Made by a program: the position numbers and the translations under genes. From Planctomycetota bacterium (lineage in GTDB: Bacteria > Planctomycetota > SZUA-567 > H5-PLA8): a DNA stretch of 64,000 bases. Shown piece after piece: positions 27,750 through 37,596 of this stretch; the stretch's first letter is position 1; each line of letters starts with the position of its first letter. Below the pieces are notes generated by a model. That model saw only the letters and a list, made by a program, of their open reading frames with translations, had not been told where the DNA came from and did not search any database. The DNA lies in the NCBI GenBank assembly GCA_045863855.1, contig BTVV01000007.1, positions 41,433-105,432 on the forward strand, read 5' to 3'.

Positions 27750-28622
27750 CTACGCATTCCGGCGCCGGAATTCCCGCGGCGCCACGCCCGCGAACTTCTT
27801 GAACTGCGCGCTGAACGCGTACTCGTCGGGGTAACCCAGTTCGGCGGCGATCTCCTTCATGCGCCGGCCGCGGTCGCGCGTCAAAAGCGCCATGGCGCGT
27901 TCGATGCGCCGGCGGATGCGGTAGTCGCGCGGAGCCGTCCCGATCTGCTCGGCGAAGCGTTTTCGAAACGCGCTGTAGCCCATGTTCACGCGCCGCGCGA
28001 CCTCCGGAAGCGCCAGGGCGCCCGAGAGATCTTCGTTCAGGATCTGCACCGCGCGCGCGATCGGTCCGCCCGGCGTTGCCGAACGCTGCGCTCGGTCGTG
28101 CTCCAGCAGTTCCACCAGAAAGCGCTGCATGCTCAGCAGCAGCGGCATGAAGTCGCGCTCGTCGCAGCGCCGCAGTCGGTCGCGCAGATCCGCAAAGCCC
28201 GCGACCCAACGCTCGTCCACGCCCACGTCCAGCACCGGTCGCTCCGTGGAAGCCAGGCCCATCAGCGCGAGCAACTCGAAGACCTGGCACGGCACCGCCA
28301 AGTAGCAGCGCAGCCCCGCCCGGTCCAGCCGCACCGTATGCGCCCGGCTGGGAAAGCGCTGCATCAGCATGCCCGGCAGAATGGGAAATACACGCCCGCG
28401 CGCATCGGTGTAAGAACCCCGCGCCTCCAGCAGATACACGACCGCGTACTGCGGCGTGACGAAATCCCGCTCCGTATGCCCGTCCCGGCTGCGCGCTACG
28501 CCGGCACGCAACTGCGCCGAGGTGGTCCCGACACCCATGCGGTACACGCTGCCCAGTCGAACGCCCATGGAGCCCCCTCCCTGCCGTATCAATAAATACA
28601 AGAAATCGGGCAATGCGTCCAT
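27750..28622 (-). CDS. AraC family transcriptional regulator
   Basis: C-terminal double HTH (MKEIAAELGYPDEYAFSAQFKKFAGVAPREFR). Start uncertain. Confidence 0.88.
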   Translation of the reverse strand: MDALPDFLYLLIRQGGGSMGVRLGSVYRMGVGTTSAQLRAGVARSRDGHTERDFVTPQYAVVYLLEARGSYTDARGRVFPILPGMLMQRFPSRAHTVRLDRAGLRCYLAVPCQVFELLALMGLASTERPVLDVGVDERWVAGFADLRDRLRRCDERDFMPLLLSMQRFLVELLEHDRAQRSATPGGPIARAVQILNEDLSGALALPEVARRVNMGYSAFRKRFAEQIGTAPRDYRIRRRIERAMALLTRDRGRRMKEIAAELGYPDEYAFSAQFKKFAGVAPREFRRRNA

Positions 28623-28707
28623 TCTTCTCCAACCGGCTGATAGGATATGGTTACTCGTGCAGCACGAGACGGGGCAATAAACACAACCGCAGCGCCGGGA
28701 GACGCCC

Positions 28708-30099
28708 ATGCGACCGAACCTGATCTTCATCCTTATGGACGACTTGGGCTGGAAAGACTTGGGCTGCTACGGCAGCGAGTTTTACGAGACGCCCAACCTC
28801 GATCGCCTGGCCAAGAAAAGCGTCCGCTTCACCGATGCTTACGCCGCCTGTCCCGTTTCGTCGCCCTCGCGCGCCAGCATCATGACCGGCAAGTATCCCG
28901 CGCGCGTTGGCGTCACCGATTGGATTAACTGGAGCGGCGGAACCCATCCGTGCAAAGGACGCCTGATCGACGCACCCTACCTCAATCACCTGCCGCTCAC
29001 CGAAACCAGCCTGGCTCGGGCGTTGAAAGAAGGCGGCTACAGGACATGGCACGTCGGGAAATGGCATCTGGGCGGCCCCGACCACTACCCCGATCGCCAC
29101 GGCTTCGACGTCAACATCGGCGGCAGCCCGCGCGGTTGCCCCAAGACCTACTTCAGCCCCTGGAACATCGAGAACCTGACCAACGGTCCCGAAGGCGAAT
29201 ACCTCGACGACCGCATCACCACCGAAGCGATCAACCTCATCGAGAAGAACGACGGCACGCCCTTCTTCCTGAACCTTTGGTACTACCTCGTTCACACGCC
29301 GATCATGGGCAAGCCCGAACTGGTCGAGAAGTACAAGCGCAAGGCGATCGACCTGGGCCTCGACAAGCTCCCCACTTTCGCGGACGGCGGCCCGCATCCG
29401 ACCGAGCACAAGAAGCACATCAACATCAAGCGCCGACTCCTGCAATCCGATCCCGGCTACGCCGCCATGGTCGAGACGATGGACACCAACATCGGCCGGC
29501 TGCTCGATACGCTCGAACGCACCAAGCAACTCGAAAAAACTGTCATCGTCTTCACCAGCGACAACGGCGGCCTCTCGACTTCCGAAAGCTCGCCCACCTG
29601 CAACGCGCCGCTCTGCGAAGGCAAGGGCTGGATGTACGAAGGCGGCACGCGCGAGCCGCTCCTGATTCACGCGCCGGGTATCGCTCGCGCCGGAAGCGTC
29701 TGCGACGTCCCGGTCAGCAGCCCCGACTTCTACCCCACGCTGCTCGAACTTGCAGGCTTGGACCCGCTTCCCGAACAGCACGTCGACGGCGAAAGCCTCG
29801 TCTCGCTGCTCAAGGGCTCCGGAGGACTGCAACGCGAAGCGCTGTACTGGCACTATCCGCACTACGGCAACCAGGGCGGACGCCCCGGCGCTTCGATCCG
29901 GGCCGGCGACTGGAAGCTGATCGAGTTCTTCGAAGACGATCGCGTCGAACTGTACAATCTTCGCGAGGATATCTCCGAATCCCGCGATCTGGCCGCCGCG
30001 CAGCCCGAACGCGCCCACGCACTGCGCCGCAAACTTCACGCTTGGCAGGAATCGGTCAGCGCGCTGCGTCCGGCTCAAAACAAAGACTGGAAGGGTTAG
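28708..30099 (+). CDS. Formylglycine-dependent sulfatase (Ser-type motif)
   Basis: RPNLIFILMDDLGW, SSPSRASIMTG, GKWHLG, FTSDNGG and YEGGTREP motifs. Confidence 0.93.
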   Translation: MRPNLIFILMDDLGWKDLGCYGSEFYETPNLDRLAKKSVRFTDAYAACPVSSPSRASIMTGKYPARVGVTDWINWSGGTHPCKGRLIDAPYLNHLPLTETSLARALKEGGYRTWHVGKWHLGGPDHYPDRHGFDVNIGGSPRGCPKTYFSPWNIENLTNGPEGEYLDDRITTEAINLIEKNDGTPFFLNLWYYLVHTPIMGKPELVEKYKRKAIDLGLDKLPTFADGGPHPTEHKKHINIKRRLLQSDPGYAAMVETMDTNIGRLLDTLERTKQLEKTVIVFTSDNGGLSTSESSPTCNAPLCEGKGWMYEGGTREPLLIHAPGIARAGSVCDVPVSSPDFYPTLLELAGLDPLPEQHVDGESLVSLLKGSGGLQREALYWHYPHYGNQGGRPGASIRAGDWKLIEFFEDDRVELYNLREDISESRDLAAAQPERAHALRRKLHAWQESVSALRPAQNKDWKG

Positions 30100-30238
30100 G
30101 CGATCAAGGCCGTCGTGCGTTCCTTGCGATTCACGACGGAACTCCGCGCATGCGCGCAACACGGCCTTCTTTTTAACTTGCCCCTCGCAAGCTTCCGCAC
30201 AAGCTGAATCTTCGTTTCGCGGAGCTTCGCCCCTCGCC

Positions 30239-31681
30239 GTGTCTGCCACCTTCGATCAGGACGCCTCGGCCTCCGGCGTCTCGCGGCCCCCGCGCGACCT
30301 GCGCTGGGCGTTCCGCCAGGCGCTCTTCTGGGCCGTGATGTTCGGCGCCGGCGAATCCAGCTTCAGCCTGCTCGCGGCTTTCCTCCACGCGCCGGAAGTC
30401 TACTTCGGGCTCCTCGCCGGCATCCCGCAATTGCTCGGGCCGCTGGCCCAGGTCGGCGCGGCGAACCTGACCGACTACTTGGGCAAGCGCAAGCTTCTGG
30501 TTCAGATCGCCGTCGCCGTCCAGATTCTTTCCTTCGCTCCGCTGGTGGTGCTCGTCTTTGCCGAGCCCAGTCCGGCCGCGCATGCGTTCTTCCTCTTTTG
30601 CGTCACGCTCTACTTCATCGCCGGACACTTCTCGCATCCGCCGTGGACAGGCATTATCGGAGACTTGGCGCCCAGCGAACACCGCGCGCGCTTCTTCGCC
30701 CGGCTCTCGCGCTGGGTTGGCGGCGTCAGTCTGGTCGCTCAACTGGGCATGGGCGTGGCGCTCTATTTGGGGCGTGAACACGGTGGCCTGAAGTGGATCT
30801 TCGCCGCGGGCATGGCCCTTTCGGGCATCGTCCGCATCGGCTCGTTCGTTTGCATTCAGCGCATTCAGGAACCGCCGCACAGCGCGAGCCGCGATACCGT
30901 CTTCAGCTTCTGGCAATTCATCCGCCGCGCGCCGGAGTCGAACTTCGTCAAGTTCGTGATCTTCGTCGCACTCGTCCATTTCGGCGCACAGATATCCGGT
31001 CCCTTCTTCCTGCCCTATTGGATATACACGCTGGGATTTCCCGAATGGCAATGGGTGCTGCTCAACGGAATCACCGCCGTCTCCGCCGTCCTCACACTGC
31101 TGGCCTGGGGCCGCTTCAGCCACCGCTTCGGGAACAAGAACACGATCCACTACTGCAGCTACGGGATCGCGTTGATCCCGCTGGGTTGGCTCTTCACGTC
31201 CAATATCTGGTTCCTCGCCCTGATCAATGCGTGGTCCGGCGTGCTCTGGGCCGGCTTCGGACTCAGCACCTGGAATTACATGCTCGAAGCGGTCTCGGCG
31301 CCCAAGCGTCCGCGCTGCGCGGCGTACTTCAATATCGTCGTCGGCGTCGGCATCTTTGCCGGCTCGATGGCCGGTTCGTGGCTCGGCAAGGTACTTCCGC
31401 TCACGCTCGACTTCGGCGGCGGTTCGGTAACCGTCAAGACGACGTTCATGTACTTGCTGGGCTTGAGTTTCCTGATGCGGCTGGCGGCCTGCCTGATGCT
31501 TCCCACCTTTAAGGAACTGCGCTCCAACGTCGAAGGCTTCTCGCTGCGGCGGAACTTCTACACGATTGCTTCGGGTCGCGTCCCCTTCGGGCTGCGTTTT
31601 GTCGTAGGCGCGACGGATGAACACGAACCGCCGCAGAAGCGCACGGCGGGAGCCGAATCCGAAAAGCCCCCCCATGAGTAA
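30239..31681 (+). CDS. MFS transporter
   Basis: About 12 hydrophobic segments; loop motif WGRFSHRFGNK; GTG start. Confidence 0.82.
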   Translation: MSATFDQDASASGVSRPPRDLRWAFRQALFWAVMFGAGESSFSLLAAFLHAPEVYFGLLAGIPQLLGPLAQVGAANLTDYLGKRKLLVQIAVAVQILSFAPLVVLVFAEPSPAAHAFFLFCVTLYFIAGHFSHPPWTGIIGDLAPSEHRARFFARLSRWVGGVSLVAQLGMGVALYLGREHGGLKWIFAAGMALSGIVRIGSFVCIQRIQEPPHSASRDTVFSFWQFIRRAPESNFVKFVIFVALVHFGAQISGPFFLPYWIYTLGFPEWQWVLLNGITAVSAVLTLLAWGRFSHRFGNKNTIHYCSYGIALIPLGWLFTSNIWFLALINAWSGVLWAGFGLSTWNYMLEAVSAPKRPRCAAYFNIVVGVGIFAGSMAGSWLGKVLPLTLDFGGGSVTVKTTFMYLLGLSFLMRLAACLMLPTFKELRSNVEGFSLRRNFYTIASGRVPFGLRFVVGATDEHEPPQKRTAGAESEKPPHE

Positions 31682-31755
31682 TCCAAGCGCGTCCTTGCCG
31701 CGCCTGCGGGAACGCGTAAGATCAGACGCACGAAGCAGAAACAAGGAGCCGCACG

Positions 31756-32994
31756 ATGAGCGATCCGCAGGCGTCCGGGCCGTCGCCGGAACAGATCCAA
31801 CGCGCCAGCCTGCCGACGATTCCCGGCACCGCGGCTTCGCCGGTCCCGCCGGCGGCGCCGCCGGCCGCGGTTCCGGCGCAAGCGGCCAGCGAGTTCACCA
31901 ACGAGATCGATAAGCTCTTCGCGGCGATGCAGAAGAGCAACGCGAGCGACCTGCATCTGAAAGCCGGTTCGCCGCCTCTGTTTAGAGTGCAGGGCCGGAT
32001 CGTGCGCGCCAAGGCTCAACCGCTGACGCTCGACCACATCAAGCAGCTCATCGCGCCGATCATGAAGCCGCGCTACGACGAGGAACTGAATACGCGCGGC
32101 GCGGCGGACTTCGCGCACGGCGTGCGCGGCGTCGGGCGCTTCCGCGTCAACATCTTCAAGCAGCGCGGCGCGATCAGCGTCGCCGCGCGCCGCGTCGAGA
32201 CGCAGATCCCGACGCTCGAACAGCTTAACTTACCCGATTCCGTCCGCATCATTCCCAACATGGAGCAAGGCCTGGTCCTCGTCGCGGGCATCACCGGTTC
32301 CGGTAAGTCCACGACGCTCGCGGCTTTAATCAATGTCATCAACCAGACGCGCGCCTGCCACATCGTGACGATCGAAGATCCGATCGAGTTCCTGTACCGC
32401 GACGAAAAAGCCTTCGTGAATCAGCGCGAACTCGGGATCGACGTCAATAACTTCGCCGACGGGCTGCGCTACGTGCTTCGGCAGGACCCGGACGTGATTC
32501 TGATCGGCGAAATGCGCGACGCGGAAACATTCGAAACCGCTTTGATCGCCAGCGAGACCGGGCATTTGGTCTTCGGGACCGTGCACGCCGGATCGGCGCC
32601 GCAGGTCGTTGGGCGCGTACTCGATTACTTCCCGCCGGACCGGCACTTCCAGATTCGCCAGTTGCTCTACTTCAACTTGAAGGCCGTGCTCGTGCAGAAG
32701 CTTCTCAAAGGCGCGCGGAACGACGTGCCGCGCGTGCCGACGGTGGAGTTCATGATCTGTAACGCCGTGGTGCGCAAGCTGATCCAGGAAGAACAGGACA
32801 GCAAGCTGGCGGATGTGATCCGCACTTCGGCCAACGACGGGATGCAGGACTTCAATCAGTCGCTCATGAATCTGGTCAAGCGCGGGCTAATCACCGAACA
32901 GATCGCGCTGGAGGCGAGCCCGAATCCGGAGCAGCTCCAGATGAACATGAAGGGGATCGTCCTCGGCACCGACCGCGGATCGATCATCTCCTGA
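31756..32994 (+). CDS. pilT: Type IV pilus retraction ATPase PilT/PilU family
   Basis: ASDLHL, GRFRVN, GITGSGKSTT, TIEDPIE, RQDPDVILIGEMRD and ETGHLV motifs. Confidence 0.88.
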   Translation: MSDPQASGPSPEQIQRASLPTIPGTAASPVPPAAPPAAVPAQAASEFTNEIDKLFAAMQKSNASDLHLKAGSPPLFRVQGRIVRAKAQPLTLDHIKQLIAPIMKPRYDEELNTRGAADFAHGVRGVGRFRVNIFKQRGAISVAARRVETQIPTLEQLNLPDSVRIIPNMEQGLVLVAGITGSGKSTTLAALINVINQTRACHIVTIEDPIEFLYRDEKAFVNQRELGIDVNNFADGLRYVLRQDPDVILIGEMRDAETFETALIASETGHLVFGTVHAGSAPQVVGRVLDYFPPDRHFQIRQLLYFNLKAVLVQKLLKGARNDVPRVPTVEFMICNAVVRKLIQEEQDSKLADVIRTSANDGMQDFNQSLMNLVKRGLITEQIALEASPNPEQLQMNMKGIVLGTDRGSIIS

Positions 32995-33449
32995 TGCGGG
33001 CGGTCGTCCAACGTGTGACGCGCGCGGCGGTTACGGTAGCCGCCGAGAACTACCGCGCCGAGATCGGCGCGGGGCTGATGATCTTGCTGGGCGTCGAAGC
33101 CGGGGACACCGAGGCCGAGATCGCTTGGGGCGCTCAGAAGTGCGCGCAGCTACGGATCTTCCGCGATGCCGAAGAGAAGATGAACCGCTCGGTGCAGGAT
33201 CTCGGCGGGGAAGCGCTGGTGGTCAGCCAGTTCACGCTGGCCGGCGATTGCCGCAAAGGCAATCGCCCCAGCTTCATCCAAGCCGCGCCGCCCGATCTCG
33301 CAAAGCCCCTCTACGAACGCTTTTGCGAATTGCTCCAGAACGAGCACCGCGTTCCGGTGAAGCGCGGCATCTTCCAGGCGATGATGGAAGTCGAGTTGGT
33401 CAACGACGGGCCGGTGACGTTGATTCTGGAAAAGCGCAAGGCCGATTAA
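32994..33449 (+). CDS. dtd: D-aminoacyl-tRNA deacylase
   Basis: MRAVVQRV, SQFTL and NDGPVT motifs. Confidence 0.95.
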   Translation: MRAVVQRVTRAAVTVAAENYRAEIGAGLMILLGVEAGDTEAEIAWGAQKCAQLRIFRDAEEKMNRSVQDLGGEALVVSQFTLAGDCRKGNRPSFIQAAPPDLAKPLYERFCELLQNEHRVPVKRGIFQAMMEVELVNDGPVTLILEKRKAD

Positions 33450-33609
33450 CCGCCGAGACGCAGAGTACGCGGAGAACGGCCACCTCAAAGAGACCGCTCA
33501 AAATGGGTAAGCCGAAGGCCGGGCACGGTTTCTCCAAACCTTACGCCAGCTAAGTCCTTTCCCTTCCTTGCCGTAGCCTTTCTCGGCGTGCTCCGCGTCT
33601 CGGCGGTTA
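33447..33609. repeat. Inverted-repeat element whose ends contain the stop codons of both flanking genes
   Basis: TAACCGCCGAGACGCAGAGTACGCGGAGAA matches the reverse complement of the right arm at 27 of 30 positions. Confidence 0.8.
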
Positions 33610-34653
33610 GTCGAGCACGACACGCTTCCCGCTGCTGCGCAGACCGGCTTCGTAGACTTTCATCACATCCAGGGCCAGTTCGAGCGTGCCGCGTTGCGCG
33701 GGGCGATTCTCCAACACACAGTCGCAGAAGTATTTAAGCTCATTCCACAGGCCTTGAACCATGAGCGCTTTGTTCTCGAGCGTCGCGAGCGTGTTGGCGG
33801 CTTCCCAGACGAGCGCGCCGTGCTCCAGTCCGGGCGGCGCGAAACTCGTGGTGCCGCTGTAGTTAAAGGGAATGCCGCGCTGGTAGATCACGCGCTTGGC
33901 ATTGTCTATTTCAATCGTTTTTCCGTCGCCAAATAGTATGTAGCGTTCGCACGGTTGCGCCCGTGAGGAGCCGGCGGCCATGTGGAAGTTCCCGATGGCG
34001 CCGGACTTGTATTCGAGCACGCAGGCGCCGCCGCCGTGCTTGCCGCGGTGCACGGTCACGGCTTCGACGGGTCCGCCGAGGTCGCAGAGGATCGAGAGCG
34101 GGTGGACGCCGTTGCCGAGCCAGTCGGTGAACTTCGCGTCGCGCAAGACCTCATCGCCGTCCTGCGGCACATCCATCGGAAAGATCCCAAGGATGGTTCT
34201 AAGTGCCCCAAATTCAGGGAGTTGCATCAACTCGCGAGCCTTCTCGGCGGCGGGCATGAAGGCCTTCTTGAAACCCACCACGGCGATCCGGTCGCCGCGC
34301 GCGTCCAGCATCGCTTGGACTTGGCTCGCGCCGGTGGACGTCGGTTTCTCCATCCATACGTGGATTCCGGCTTTAAAGGCCTCGATGGCCAGCGGCGGAT
34401 GCTGCTTGGGGCCGACGACCAGGAAGACCGCGTCGAGTTCTTCCTTTGCGTACATTTCGGCGCTGGAGCCGTAGACGTTGGGGACGCCGTATTCGCGCGC
34501 GGTTTGGCGCGCCAATTCCACGTTCACGTCGCAGAACGCGCGCAATTCGACGGGCAGGAAGGTCATGGCCGGCAGGATGTTACGATAGCAATGCCCACCC
34601 ACGCCGATGATCGCCGCGCGGACGCGCCGCTCGTACGAACGCTGGTAGCTCAT
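33607..34653 (-). CDS. Gfo/Idh/MocA family oxidoreductase
   Basis: IIGVGGH and GIHVWMEKP motifs. Confidence 0.88.
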   Translation of the reverse strand: MSYQRSYERRVRAAIIGVGGHCYRNILPAMTFLPVELRAFCDVNVELARQTAREYGVPNVYGSSAEMYAKEELDAVFLVVGPKQHPPLAIEAFKAGIHVWMEKPTSTGASQVQAMLDARGDRIAVVGFKKAFMPAAEKARELMQLPEFGALRTILGIFPMDVPQDGDEVLRDAKFTDWLGNGVHPLSILCDLGGPVEAVTVHRGKHGGGACVLEYKSGAIGNFHMAAGSSRAQPCERYILFGDGKTIEIDNAKRVIYQRGIPFNYSGTTSFAPPGLEHGALVWEAANTLATLENKALMVQGLWNELKYFCDCVLENRPAQRGTLELALDVMKVYEAGLRSSGKRVVLD

Positions 34654-35510
34654 CAGACGATACCTTTCACGTGCTCACGCAGAAACGCCAAATCGCGCTG
34701 CGCCAGGTTCTCGAGCGGGAAGCGCGGATCCTTGACACCGTGCGGCGGGTTGAGGCAGATCACCGGGCTAAGTCCCTCATCCACGACGCGTTGCGTGATC
34801 TCCACGACCGGCCACGCGGCGTCGGCCAAGGTCGTCGCGATCATCCGGCCGCCCTCGATGCGTCCGCCTTTGACGTGGTAGTAGCGCAGCCACGGCTTCA
34901 CGCGCTCGAGCACGGCGAGGCTGGGCGCCACGCCGCTCTCCCATAAGTTCTGAACGTCCCATGTGTAGCAGACGCGCGCTCCGAGCCCAAGCGTCTCGAA
35001 CGTATGCGCGATCGTATCCGCGGCGTCGAAGAAGCCGCCGGGTTCGTTCTCGATCGTCGTCGTAAACCCAGCATCGGAGATACGTTGGATCGCTTCGCGG
35101 TACAGTTCCAGCAGCCACGGATGGCGCGCACGAACGTAGCCGAGGCCGTCGAGTTCCGCGGGCTTGCTCGGCACTTTGGCGTCGATCAGCCGGATGAACG
35201 CAGGCTTGAGGATACGCGCGGCGGCGAGGGTGCGGTCGAGCGGTTCTAAGTGCTTGGCACGGAAGGATTCAGGACCTTGATCGACGCTGTCGGCAAAGAG
35301 CGTCGTGGAGAAACACTGCACACGCATTCCGTAAGCCGCGACGAGCGCTTGCGCGCGCTGGGCTTCTTCGGCGCTGAGCTGCGTGATCGACTTGCCGAAG
35401 ATGCGCTCTTTGAGGTCGAGGTGCTTGAGGTTGCAGGCGGCGTGCTGTTTCAGTTGGATCTCTAAGTCGGGGCCGGCGATGTTGTTAAGGATCGTGAGAT
35501 GGACGGGCAT
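34653..35510 (-). CDS. Xylose isomerase-like TIM-barrel protein (sugar isomerase/epimerase)
   Basis: IENE, WDVQN and YHVKG metal-ligand positions. Confidence 0.75.
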   Translation of the reverse strand: MPVHLTILNNIAGPDLEIQLKQHAACNLKHLDLKERIFGKSITQLSAEEAQRAQALVAAYGMRVQCFSTTLFADSVDQGPESFRAKHLEPLDRTLAAARILKPAFIRLIDAKVPSKPAELDGLGYVRARHPWLLELYREAIQRISDAGFTTTIENEPGGFFDAADTIAHTFETLGLGARVCYTWDVQNLWESGVAPSLAVLERVKPWLRYYHVKGGRIEGGRMIATTLADAAWPVVEITQRVVDEGLSPVICLNPPHGVKDPRFPLENLAQRDLAFLREHVKGIV

Positions 35511-35609
35511 GGCGGGCCTCGTGGAGTGCGGTAAAGGTCAAACGGCAAGAACCAAACAAATGGCAAGAGGCAAACGGCAAACTACGGCTACGTCTGGACT
35601 TCGACACCT

Positions 35610-35631
35610 GCGGGCAGGACGCCCGCGATAC
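35610..35631. repeat. REP-like hairpin GCGGGC-RGGAC-GCCCGC-GATAC (second copy at 55826-55847)
   Basis: Two near-identical 22-bp palindromic copies in intergenic regions. Confidence 0.7.
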
Positions 35632-35658
35632 GAACGGCAACGACAAACGGCAACTACG

Positions 35659-36669
35659 CTACGCACGCGGCTTGAACTGCTCGGCTAACATCTCGGCCCA
35701 GCGGCGGTTAGAGAACTCGGTTCGGCCGGCGTTGTGCGGCGTGTGAACGACGTTCGGGCGGCCCAGCAGCGGATCGTCGAGCGGAACGGGTTCGACGTCG
35801 AAGACGTCGGCGGCGAGGGCCAGTTCGTCGTTGAGAACGCGCTTACGCAAGGTCGGCATGTGGCAGATGTTAGCGCGCGTGACGAGGATGACGAGGCAGC
35901 CGCGCGGCAGCGCTTCAATATGCTGCGCCGTGACGAGCCCTTCGGTCTTGGGCGTGAGCGGAACCATGGGCGCGAAGATCTCGGCGTCCTGGACGAGGCG
36001 TTCGAGGTAAAGCTCGCGGCGCGCACCGGTTCGGTGAAAGCACGGCTCAGGCGCGAAGGGGTCCCAGGCGGCGACGTCGGCGCCGAGGTAATGGCAGGCG
36101 CCGGCGTAGCGGCTGGCGATGTTGCCCGCGCCGACGACGCGGACGCGCTTGCCGCAGACGGTTCCGGCGGTGAAGCGGGCATCGTCGCCGTACTGGCCGC
36201 CGCGCATACCGGGCTGCATCTCTTCGAGGGGCGTCGAGTAATGCCAATCCTGGTGAGAGGTTAGAATGTTGTGGTGGGTTTGCGGAATCCGGCGCAAACC
36301 GCAAAGCGTAAGGGCCAACCCGAACTCGCTGACCGATTCGCCCCAGAAACCTTCGCTGGTGTGCTTGCGGACTTCCACTTTGCGTTCTTGAAGCGCCGTG
36401 GCCAGCTCGGGCCTGTCGCCGACGCGTCCGTGGAACTCCTCGAGCTTGGAGAGTTTAGCCAAACACGCGGGCGTCACTTCGACGTTGAGCGCAATGAGGC
36501 GGACGACTTCGCCGGGCTTGGAGAGGATCTCGCCGGCGCAACGCGTATCGTTGTGCTTGAGCCGGTGAAACTCCACAGGTCCTTGGCTGGCCCAGAGTTG
36601 GCGCAGCCAGTCGGCGCTGAAGGGCCAGGAGCGATCGAAGTGCGGATGGACCAGAATGGCGCTGAGCAT
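35659..36669 (-). CDS. D-isomer specific 2-hydroxyacid dehydrogenase
   Basis: VVGAGNI, PLTPKTEGLV, TRA, ADVFDVEP and TPHNAG motifs. Confidence 0.88.
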   Translation of the reverse strand: MLSAILVHPHFDRSWPFSADWLRQLWASQGPVEFHRLKHNDTRCAGEILSKPGEVVRLIALNVEVTPACLAKLSKLEEFHGRVGDRPELATALQERKVEVRKHTSEGFWGESVSEFGLALTLCGLRRIPQTHHNILTSHQDWHYSTPLEEMQPGMRGGQYGDDARFTAGTVCGKRVRVVGAGNIASRYAGACHYLGADVAAWDPFAPEPCFHRTGARRELYLERLVQDAEIFAPMVPLTPKTEGLVTAQHIEALPRGCLVILVTRANICHMPTLRKRVLNDELALAADVFDVEPVPLDDPLLGRPNVVHTPHNAGRTEFSNRRWAEMLAEQFKPRA

Positions 36670-36726
36670 GGTAGAGGGGCTCCGAGTTATCGTTTGCGTA
36701 TGTCCAAACCGTAACGGTTGCGCGCG

Positions 36727-37572
36727 CTAAGCGCGTAACGCCTTGGGCAGCTTGAGTTTCTTGAATTGCTTGATCTGTTCGGTGATGGCCAGTTCGGTCG
36801 GGAGGCGTTCGACGGAGCTGGCACCGTAGAAGCCGTCGACTTGCGGGCAGCGGTCAAGGATGTACGCGGCGTCTTCAGGCATCGCGATGGGCCCGCCGTG
36901 ACAGATCACTAAGACATCGTCGCGCAAGGACTTAGCGGTATCGGCAATGGCGCCGACGTCGCGGACGCAATCGTCGAGCGTGCGGGCGGTCTTCGCGCCG
37001 ATGCTGCCTTTGGTCGTTAACCCCATATGGGCCACGACGATATCGGCGCCGGCCCGGACCATCTGCTTGGTCTCGTCGAGGTTGAAGACGTAAGGAGTCG
37101 TAAGCAGATCCAATTCTCGAGCGGCGGCGACGCATTCGACTTCCATCGCGTAGCTCATCCCGGTCTCTTCCAGGTTGGCGCGGAAGACGCCGTCTATAAG
37201 TCCAACCGTGGGAAAGTTTTGGATGCCCGCAAAGCCGAGGGCCTTGATCTCCTTCAGGAAGAGGTCGCGGATCATGAACGGATCGGTTCCACAAACTCCG
37301 GCCAGGACTGGAGTTTCACGAACGATGGTGAGGACTTCGTGGGCCATTTCTTTGACGATCTGGTTCGCGTTGCCGTAGGGCATCAGTCCGGAGAGCGAGC
37401 CGCGGCCGGCCATGCGGTAGCGTCCGCTGTTGTAAATCACGATCAGGTCAATACCTCCAGCTTCTTCGCACTTGGCGGAGATGCCGGTTCCGGCGCCGCC
37501 TCCGATAATGGGTTCGCGGCGGGCGACTTTGGCGCGGAGGCGCTTGAGGATCTCGGTGCGAGTGGCGGGCAT
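36727..37572 (-). CDS. TIM-barrel 'signal transduction'/PEP-hydrolase-like family protein (homologous to the Tm-1 C-terminal domain)
   Basis: [50 protein letters not shown] and [12 protein letters not shown] motifs. Confidence 0.9.
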   Translation of the reverse strand: MPATRTEILKRLRAKVARREPIIGGGAGTGISAKCEEAGGIDLIVIYNSGRYRMAGRGSLSGLMPYGNANQIVKEMAHEVLTIVRETPVLAGVCGTDPFMIRDLFLKEIKALGFAGIQNFPTVGLIDGVFRANLEETGMSYAMEVECVAAARELDLLTTPYVFNLDETKQMVRAGADIVVAHMGLTTKGSIGAKTARTLDDCVRDVGAIADTAKSLRDDVLVICHGGPIAMPEDAAYILDRCPQVDGFYGASSVERLPTELAITEQIKQFKKLKLPKALRA

Positions 37573-37596
37573 GGTATCTCCTTGGATGGTAAAAGG

